15,826 bases of DNA from NCBI GenBank assembly GCA_016839705.1, contig JAEOTR010000028.1, positions 1 through 15,826 on the forward strand. Direction: 5' to 3'. Both the position numbers and the translations under genes were made by a program. Positions 9,101 to 15,280 of the stretch are shown piece by piece. The notes beneath the pieces were generated by a model. That model ran no database searches, was not told the origin of the DNA, and saw only the letters and a program-made list of their open reading frames with translations. Within the stretch, counting starts at the first letter, position 1. Each line of letters begins with the position of its first letter. The stretch comes from Promethearchaeota archaeon (GTDB lineage: Archaea; Asgardarchaeota; Lokiarchaeia; Sigyniarchaeales; SOKP01).

Positions 9101-10922
9101 TACTTGGACGAGATCTTGGGTAGGAACGGTTATATACGTAATTTATGCAAATGATACATTAAATAATTGGAATTCATTTACAGGTAGTTTTGAAGTTGTA
9201 GATACGACTCCACCTGCTTTTTCAAATCTTACGAAGAGTGAACACCTCTTAGAATTAGGAGATACGGTAATAATAACAGTAAATTCTACGGATTTAGCAG
9301 AGATTAACGAAGTGAAAATCGAATTCATGGGCTCTAACCATTCCATGACAAATTTTAGTGCTTACACCTGGCAATATGACTCTTGGACTCCCGAAAGTGT
9401 TGGTAACTTTACATTTACGATATGGGCTGAAGATAATAATAATAACTGGGGCTTTATTAGCGATTCAATTTTAGTTCAAGATACAACACCCCCAACTTAT
9501 TCTAATTTAATTGAAACTGTTGATCCATTAGAGTTAGGAGATAATCCAATTATAACAATAGACGTCTATGATTTAGCTGATATTAACCAATGCGTACTAG
9601 AATTCGAAGGGGCGAATCATTCGATGACAAATATATATGGGGATACTTGGCAATTTGATTCATGGACACCAAATAACTGGATTGTTTATCAGTATAAGAT
9701 CTATATTGAAGATATGAGCGGTAATTGGAATTTTATAATAGGAAATATTACAGTTCAAGATACAACTCCTCCTTTACCACCTGTATTGACCAACAGTCCA
9801 AGTGGAGATGTTAGTGGTATCCTTGTTTTTGATTGGTTGGATGGATCAGATCTTTCAGGTATTTCTTATTATTTATTAATAATTGATAATGAAACTGACC
9901 CCTCCATCACCCCAGGATACATTTATTTATTTAACATTACTAATACAGGCTCCGAGAGTAGTTATTACGAATTAAATGATATCAATTCTTCAGGCAAGTA
10001 TTACTATTTTTTAGCTCAAGTGGATGGAGTAGGGCATCAAAGCACATATACAATGGGAACATTTAATGTAATTACACTTAGTAATGGTTCTCCTATTAAT
10101 AATAATTTTACGATTTATATCATTATTGCAGTAATTCTGATAAGTGTGGTTGGCTCTATTACTGCTATAACAATCGTAAGGAAAAAATCACACAAGAAAA
10201 TGAGTCCACCACGGAAAAAAGTACCTCTTAAACTAATCTTAGCACACATTGCTAAAATATCATCTCAAGGATCAACTTCAGATGAGGTAAAGGTTGGAGA
10301 TATCCTAATTCAAAATGAACAAAATCAATTTTATCGTGAAGAATTAACCGATGAGGCAGATTCAGGAATTATTATTGATGAGATTAAAGCTTTGGGAGAA
10401 GAGTTGTTCAAAGAAGGTGCTTATTTAGAGGCTATCAAGCAATTTCAATATGCAAAGGAATTTCTCTCAACGCAGGGTAGAAATGAAGCAGCAGCATTAT
10501 TTTCTGATTTAATCGTGGGAATTGAAGGTTTAATTGAAGAGCGTGAAAAACGATTAGAACTTTTAGAAACTGAGAAGGTTGGGGGGGAACCCACAAAGAT
10601 CTTTGAATTATATTATGATATAATTGAGATTTCAAGAAAATTAAGAGATCTTGATGCTATAAGCATGTTACAATCAGAATTAATTCAATATTTTCAAATG
10701 AACACCTCCAAGTTGAGAGATATTGAAATGTATAGGTCAAATTTAGGACACGAGGCAGATTCATTATCAAATAATGGTCTTTTTGAATTGGCAGCTCAAA
10801 TGTATGGAAAATGTGAGGAAATATCCCAATTTTTAGTTAAATTAGAAAAGGAAGAAGAAATAGCTAATGTTGAAAAATTTAGAAATAAAAAAAATGAATG
10901 TTTAGAAAAATTTTCTTTATAA
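6108..10922 (+). CDS. Giant single-pass membrane/surface protein 2 (paralog of protein 1): signal peptide, two DUF2341+LamG units, 5 Ig-like repeats, FN3-like domain, TM helix, TPR/MIT-like cytoplasmic tail
   Basis: The DUF2341+LamG unit occurs twice (starting ~6294 FKYYK and ~7335 FAYYK). TM helix at ~10107-10178 followed by RKK. The C-terminal ~480 aa are highly similar to protein 1. Confidence 0.9.
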   Translation: MGKKYRNKKIKCYLIFFMLSFSIISSILLPNSDINARNCEKLVDDSKSLIHTSSSGPPNKHFFKYYKTITIDHNQVKGTGDHKNFPVLISIIDSDLHDAAQSNGNDIAFGNDTAWLNHEIELFEKNYNSTHAKLVAWVRISVLSVTTDTIFSMYYGNETMGSRQNPEGVWDDNYYAVYHMNQDPGSTSVLDSTANNYDLTAGSGFNSGDLVDGVIGKAIKFDSTDYPSSEYLEMTSGFSNPTSALSLEMWFRPQLYSVYQRYFTATGARPDILLGWDNRIISRIKNHLGNTCDIELSFDEWKDQFYHLVITWEGGSVGRKRAYLNGTLNVDEYDVEALGNSSLWTTYTIGTDLDYTDVVNALIEEFRITSSVRTPGWFETEYNNQYDPSSFYSIGEEDHVIDHIPNAQYFAYYKDIIIDPSMVSGSQDLLNFTVLISIIDEDLPDEVQLNGNDIAFSNGFSWLDHETEFFDKFYNGSHAQLVVWVRIPNLSPSFDTVIRMYYGNSTMSSNENPSGVWNTKYKGVWHLKENPSAPAPQFSDSTAYNNDGTAVNLFSSNQTSGKIDGGLIFNDENEACVNVSDDNSLDLNNDMTISAWIKTNDNEDDVDIVITKWSLNPPNQNYWLGKLNRDEFAFYVDSNQNVKMNLNLIRDNNWHYVVGVADSTNSLLRIYLDGTQRNTASYSGSSQTGNHHLNIGKSSGIIEQEWNGKIDEVRVVDVAHSAAWIATEYNNQYNAQSFITVGSGEKVDNIPPTYSNLIESSDPLELGDTEVITINVSDPSGINQVKIEFKDSDHVIRNHTMTNISENAWQYDSWTPNNVDNYTYTIWMQDNFDNWNSTLGTIEVIDTTPPTYSDLIESADPLQIGQNETITIKVYDSPGSGVNQVLLEYDSSNHTMINIGGDTWRWNKWKPAKGNHSYNIYMEDMENNWNVTSGNITVVEATGPTIENFTMSEDPLELGNSVTIFVDVYDNSSVDTVFIELENVNYTMNKPVGNTYNYTWTRSWVGTVIYVIYANDTLNNWNSFTGSFEVVDTTPPAFSNLTKSEHLLELGDTVIITVNSTDLAEINEVKIEFMGSNHSMTNFSAYTWQYDSWTPESVGNFTFTIWAEDNNNNWGFISDSILVQDTTPPTYSNLIETVDPLELGDNPIITIDVYDLADINQCVLEFEGANHSMTNIYGDTWQFDSWTPNNWIVYQYKIYIEDMSGNWNFIIGNITVQDTTPPLPPVLTNSPSGDVSGILVFDWLDGSDLSGISYYLLIIDNETDPSITPGYIYLFNITNTGSESSYYELNDINSSGKYYYFLAQVDGVGHQSTYTMGTFNVITLSNGSPINNNFTIYIIIAVILISVVGSITAITIVRKKSHKKMSPPRKKVPLKLILAHIAKISSQGSTSDEVKVGDILIQNEQNQFYREELTDEADSGIIIDEIKALGEELFKEGAYLEAIKQFQYAKEFLSTQGRNEAAALFSDLIVGIEGLIEEREKRLELLETEKVGGEPTKIFELYYDIIEISRKLRDLDAISMLQSELIQYFQMNTSKLRDIEMYRSNLGHEADSLSNNGLFELAAQMYGKCEEISQFLVKLEKEEEIANVEKFRNKKNECLEKFSL
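8349..9758 (+). repeat. Five tandem ~93-aa Ig-like coding repeats in protein 2
   Basis: Units start at 8349, 8643, 8925, 9201 and 9480. The FN3-like domain starts at 9759. Confidence 0.85.
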
Positions 10923-11183
10923 ATGGATTCGATGTCTTATGGTGCGATAACTATTACTTTTTATGTTAGTGATATCATCGGAAATATCGGATCTGCTGAG
11001 GTTAATGTCATAAAAGGGCTTATAAGTCCAGGTGGATTAGAACCAGGAGTTATAATAGTTATCATAGTTGTAACTGTTATTGGGGGACTAGCTATAATAG
11101 GTGCGATTTGGGGAATACTTGTAAAGAAAGGAAAAATCCTTTTGTATATTTTTAAATCCTTAATATCTCATCAAGGGTGTTAA
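10923..11183 (+). pseudogene. C-terminal fragment of a different surface protein (half an Ig-like domain plus GGLEPG-TM-basic anchor)
   Basis: DSMSYGAITITFYVSDIIGNIGSAEVNVIK resembles the last two strands of an Ig-like repeat (G..TI.FY..D..GN). It is followed by GGLEPG, a long hydrophobic helix and KKGK. There is no signal peptide, and it starts on the base immediately after the stop of protein 2. Confidence 0.6.
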
Positions 11184-11244
11184 TTATTTTTCTTATAACA
11201 AAAACTAGTTATACATAATTCATGGAAAAATAAAGGTAAATAAT

Positions 11245-11410
11245 ATTTAGGAAAGATTAATTAATTGATATTGAAGTTAAAATAGTTTAAACTGTTTTTC
11301 CAATACTTCAGATAAATTTATATAAATGAATAGGTATGTATTAGTTAAAGTAAGATATGTTTTTCAATATTAAGCCACTTCTTAATTAAAAAATGATAGG
11401 AAAGTGGATT
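11245..11410 (+). repeat. Copy B of the duplicated non-coding promoter/leader element
   Basis: See copy A. It contains the near-perfect inverted repeat AAAATAGTTT/AAACTGTTTT (11279-11298) and ATTTATATAAAT (11316-11327). Confidence 0.85.
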
Positions 11411-11467
11411 TTTACCTTTATTTTGCTCAGAAAAAGATCTTAATACACAATTTTAAGGTAAAGAAAT

Positions 11468-12667
11468 ATGAAAAAAATACCGGGCACTTTATATCATTTT
11501 GGCATTGCAAGTTCTAAAAATAATAGTTTAGGAATTAATATTTGGTATAGAAGTGAGTTAATTTTTGAGAGAACTGGAATATTACAGGAAGAAATTATTA
11601 ATATTCTACAGAAATTTTTCGAAAGTAAAAATTTAACCATACCACGTAATAGGTTATCATGGGTCGTAAAAGAGGAATTAAATGAGTTATCTCCAACAAG
11701 TGATATTACTTTTATTGAAGGTACTGTATCAGAAATACTTGGAGAAATTCAAAAAAAACCTTCAGAAAATGTAAAAAAAATAGTTTTGATGGGACTTTCT
11801 AACGCGGGAAAAACCTGCATTTATGAACGGGTATTTGAAGGAAAAAAACCCTGGGAATTAATGCAATCTACAGCAACAAAAGGAATAGATTATAAAAAGT
11901 ATGAAGTTGGCAGTGTTACAAAACCAATGATATGGGATTTAGGAGGACAGCAACAATATCTTGATGAATATCACGGTCCTTTAAGAAAAAGTATATTTCA
12001 AAAGGCATCTGTATTATTATATATTATTGATGCTTCAGATTCTGACCGTTTTGAAAATGCTCGGGTTGAATTTGAATGGAGCGTAAATCAAATCTTATCA
12101 TTCAATCAATCTCCAATAGTAAATGTTTTTTTTCATAAAATTGATCTTATTCACGATAAAGATGCTTTAATTCCTTATTTAAAGAATATTTTATCCCAGA
12201 ATATATCTTACAAAATAAATTTTTATGCAACCTCAGTGTTCGATGAATCATTATTTACGGCGTGGAGTGGAATTATACGAGATATATCACCTAAATCAAT
12301 TTTCATTAATTCAATATTAAAGACATTGAAGGATCAAGAAGGTGTTAAAGACGCATTGTTGATTGAAAAAACAACTGGACTTGCATGCGGTTCAACTCTA
12401 GATGGATCCGATGAGGAAATTGTTATCGGCATGGTTTCCTTATTAATAGTAACTTGCGATAAAGTCACAAAAAATATGAAATTACAAAATTTTAGTGAAT
12501 TTAGGTTAAAAACGTCATCTAATTATTTATTATTAACTGATGTTACTCCAGATTTAATGCTTGTAATTATTTTGGGCTCATCGGCTTTTACTGATAATAT
12601 ATTAAAAGATATTGAAGAGGTAGGTAAGGAAATTGCAATACAAATTAGAGATTTATGGAATGATTAA
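11468..12667 (+). CDS. Rag-family (Gtr1/RagA-like) small GTPase with a ~100-aa N-terminal extension and a C-terminal roadblock domain
   Basis: G1 GLSNAGKT, G2 TAT, G3 WDLGGQ, Rag-type G4 HKID, and G5 region TSVFDESLFTAWS (cf. RagA TSIWDETLYKAWS). The C-terminal LKDQEGVKDALLIEKTTGLACGS... has a roadblock helix-strand-strand-helix pattern. Confidence 0.88.
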   Translation: MKKIPGTLYHFGIASSKNNSLGINIWYRSELIFERTGILQEEIINILQKFFESKNLTIPRNRLSWVVKEELNELSPTSDITFIEGTVSEILGEIQKKPSENVKKIVLMGLSNAGKTCIYERVFEGKKPWELMQSTATKGIDYKKYEVGSVTKPMIWDLGGQQQYLDEYHGPLRKSIFQKASVLLYIIDASDSDRFENARVEFEWSVNQILSFNQSPIVNVFFHKIDLIHDKDALIPYLKNILSQNISYKINFYATSVFDESLFTAWSGIIRDISPKSIFINSILKTLKDQEGVKDALLIEKTTGLACGSTLDGSDEEIVIGMVSLLIVTCDKVTKNMKLQNFSEFRLKTSSNYLLLTDVTPDLMLVIILGSSAFTDNILKDIEEVGKEIAIQIRDLWND

Positions 12668-12683
12668 GAGGTAAATCGAAAAA

Positions 12684-13556
12684 ATGCCACGAGGAATGTT
12701 TTTACTCATACATGATGAGATAATGGGACCGGAAATTAAATGCTCTTATTATACAAATCCAGTAAGTTTAAGCAAAGAATTAATATCAAAACTTTATATC
12801 TCTCATGCGGGGTTTAAATCACCATCTCAACTAGAAATAAAATTTGAGAATTTTAGAAGTATTTCATGTTTCACTGGTAATCTTGATCGCAGAAGTCAAA
12901 AAGAAGGAATATTAGGAATAATTTTTGAGGAAGATGAAGAATTTGATAATTTAGATTTATTTTTACAACGCAATTTATATGATGCTATCGATAAATCGAG
13001 TGATGAAACAATGCAAGAAATTTTTTCGACAAAACTTCTTCATTATCTATCACTAAGCAATCTTTTTCAAAAGGTAGAAATTGAAGGTATTCCAGAGTTA
13101 TTTATTATAAATGGAAATGAACAATATAAATCCTGTGTCTTACGAATTGGTGAAAGCACTGTTTCGATTTCAGAGATGACTGATTTGTATAAAAAAATCA
13201 TAAAGAAACAAACAATTTCACAATATCATTATATAAGTTTAAATTTAGAAAATGAAAAAAATACCTTTTTAGTTTTAAGGATTAACAGTCCTAGTAAGAC
13301 TATTGAGACAATAACGACAACATTAAAACTATATTTAGAAGAATTTTTCTATTATTCACTAGAAATTTTAGCTTTATTATTTCTACCTTCAATTATAAAG
13401 GTACTTCCATTAAAACAAGAAATTTCTAAAAAAAATTTAGGTAAGTCTAATACGTTTCTACAAAGTCTACAACAATCAAAGAACTATTATAATAAATTTA
13501 ATGATACAATCTCAAACTTGTTAAAAGGAAATATCTATATTGAGCCATCATTATAA
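12684..13556 (+). CDS. Protein with an N-terminal longin-like domain, probably co-transcribed with the Rag GTPase
   Basis: Lies 16 nt after the GTPase stop, with a GAGGT RBS. The N-terminus MPRGMFLLIHDEIMGPEIKCSY has the hydrophobic strand-D-x3-GP-hydrophobic hairpin typical of u-DENN/NPRL2/FLCN-type longins. The CDS is secure; the domain call is tentative. Confidence 0.6.
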   Translation: MPRGMFLLIHDEIMGPEIKCSYYTNPVSLSKELISKLYISHAGFKSPSQLEIKFENFRSISCFTGNLDRRSQKEGILGIIFEEDEEFDNLDLFLQRNLYDAIDKSSDETMQEIFSTKLLHYLSLSNLFQKVEIEGIPELFIINGNEQYKSCVLRIGESTVSISEMTDLYKKIIKKQTISQYHYISLNLENEKNTFLVLRINSPSKTIETITTTLKLYLEEFFYYSLEILALLFLPSIIKVLPLKQEISKKNLGKSNTFLQSLQQSKNYYNKFNDTISNLLKGNIYIEPSL

Positions 13557-14584
13557 TTTTTAGTTATTATTTTTACTTTGTTTATTAAATCTCTAAATAT
13601 CATAGTCCCCATGCCAAAATTTACTCTTTCAGAAAAAATTAGAACAAAAATAAAATTTTTATCTAATATTTTAATATATTCTGAGAAAATCTTTTTATAG
13701 TCTTTTATTTCAATATACATTTTTGTCATTACTTCAAGTTGTTTTTCATTCCGAAACTCGAATTCTTTAATTATATTAAATAATATGTTTGAGGGAACTG
13801 AAGCATGTATAACCATCCCTTTTTCGGTAAAAATCGCACTCCCTAAAATTTCCCTATCGTCTACACTTTCTCTAAAAATAGTAATTATATCTTTATAGAA
13901 TGGAAAAGAAATAAAATGAACAATATCTTCATCTTTTTCATGTAAATTTTCTCCATCATTAGTTTTAGAAAATTCTAGTATATTAGACTCGTAATCGACA
14001 AGTTGATATCTTCTAATAATAAAAGACTTATCAATAAGCACTTGAAAACTGTGTTCACATATCATATCTTTAGGAATGCTAATTGTCGTAAAATTTTGAG
14101 TTTGATTTATAATTTTAATTGGAATTTTCAAACTTTTCTCTGTTTCACATTTAGGGCATGTTATTCGTACATAATTGAATATTTCCTGGTGAACGGCATA
14201 ATCTTTTCTTATTCTTGTTTCATTATTATCAATAGGTTCTGATTCATTTGGAGTTAGCTGAGTATCAACAACCTGAATTAATGAGGAAGTATCAAAATAT
14301 CCTTTTTTAACATTTTCAAGCTCTTGTTTAAGTTTTACATTTTCTAATCGTAAAAAACTCAATTTTTTCTTTAATTCTCGATTTCTCTCTTCCAAATCTT
14401 TTAAATGAATATTTAATAGTGAAGTGTCAGATTTATCGGTTTTTTCAGATAAAGATACTTCAAACTCCATAATTATATTTTCGAGATAATCTATTTTATC
14501 TAGATATTCACTTATTTCGTTGTTCTTTAAAAGTAATTCTGATTTCAACTCTTCAATTTTATTTATAAGAGGCTCTTCTGTCAT
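13535..14584 (-). CDS. Coiled-coil + Zn-ribbon + roadblock/LAMTOR-like domain protein
   Basis: aa ~5-95 show heptad E/K/L coiled-coil patterning. CPKC...CEH forms a metal-binding ribbon. The C-terminal EILGSAIFTEKGMVIHAS...FVLIFSERVNFGMG...LINKV fits the roadblock/MglB pattern. The 3' end overlaps the longin gene by 22 nt. Confidence 0.75.
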   Translation of the reverse strand: MTEEPLINKIEELKSELLLKNNEISEYLDKIDYLENIIMEFEVSLSEKTDKSDTSLLNIHLKDLEERNRELKKKLSFLRLENVKLKQELENVKKGYFDTSSLIQVVDTQLTPNESEPIDNNETRIRKDYAVHQEIFNYVRITCPKCETEKSLKIPIKIINQTQNFTTISIPKDMICEHSFQVLIDKSFIIRRYQLVDYESNILEFSKTNDGENLHEKDEDIVHFISFPFYKDIITIFRESVDDREILGSAIFTEKGMVIHASVPSNILFNIIKEFEFRNEKQLEVMTKMYIEIKDYKKIFSEYIKILDKNFIFVLIFSERVNFGMGTMIFRDLINKVKIITKNYNDGSI

Positions 14585-14757
14585 TTTTATTACCCTTGAG
14601 CTTATTGTTAATATTATAAATTTTTCTTTTTAATAGTTTGTTCATTCACTTAATATTAAGTTATTCTGAGAAATTTAATAGGGAAACATAAAATGTATAT
14701 CATTATATACATATTTATCCTATCAGTGTTATCTTATTAAAATTTACATAAATTTAG

Positions 14758-14848
14758 GATCTTTCAGCTGGGAGATTAGATTCGAGAATTATTGTTAATA
14801 ATAATAGGTGTTGCTTACATGATTCTAAAAAAACGGAGGGCACCGGTA
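14758..14848 (+). pseudogene. Possible decayed relic of a second GGL(D/E)PG-TM-basic C-terminal anchor
   Basis: DLSAGRLDSRIIV (14758-14796), then in a shifted frame IIIGVAYMILKKRRAPV (14798-14848). Compare ISPGGLEPGVIIV...AIIGAIWGILVKK in the 10923 ORF. Confidence 0.3.
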
Positions 14849-14999
14849 TTATTTTTCTTTAACTTCTTCTGCTTTCTTTAGATAGATTAGTAAGTATAAT
14901 GTGTCTAAATTATCAAGAATTAATGTTTTTTAAGATATATTATATAGAATTCAAAATATAAAAGGGATATAAGAAAATATAAGATTTAAGGCAGTATAA

Positions 15000-15125
15000 T
15001 TAAAGCTCCAACTTCTCAAAGCAATTTTGGCAATAATATTTTTCGTCTACTCTCCATGCTTCACCAAGATTAATTTTCGCGCCACATGCTTCACAATTCC
15101 CCATTTCTAAAATTAGTTCTGCCAT
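15000..15125 (-). CDS. 41-aa C4 zinc-finger microprotein resembling a single LIM-domain finger (not in the ORF track)
   Basis: The reverse complement reads MAELILEMGNCEACGAKINLGEAWRVDEKYYCQNCFEKLEL*, i.e. CxxC-x17-CxxC, with an ATG start and a TAA stop. It is visibly more GC-rich than its flanks. Confidence 0.8.
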   Translation of the reverse strand: MAELILEMGNCEACGAKINLGEAWRVDEKYYCQNCFEKLEL

Positions 15126-15280
15126 AATTATATTATAATTTTTTTAATTTTAATTTTTAATTCTTTTATTAATTTAATTTCTAAATTATATTTCTACGGA
15201 TTTTAACAAAATTAATTAATCAATTTTGATTTGGTACTATAATAAATGTATAATTTTCCATATTAAATGGAGTGAAATAA

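Noticed and set aside
2658-10635. Short nested or antisense ORFs (2658, 2967, 3768, 6460, 9143, 10435)
   Set aside because: All lie within long, well-supported CDSs and have no recognisable motifs; they are most likely shadow ORFs.
1889-10922. Diversity-generating retroelement acting on the paralogs
   Set aside because: There is no reverse transcriptase in the window, and paralog differences are not confined to adenines.
1695-11410. CRISPR array or IS/transposon ends as the explanation for the repeats
   Set aside because: There are only two diverged direct copies ~9.5 kb apart, with no spacer periodicity and no transposase or integrase in view.
14003-14242. 79-aa + strand ORF
   Set aside because: Antisense to the 349-aa roadblock gene, with low-complexity F/I/N composition.
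15126-15280. Extremely AT-rich spacer as an origin or ncRNA
   Set aside because: Adequately explained as the divergent promoter region between the zinc-finger and crotonase genes; no ORB-like repeats or stable structure seen.
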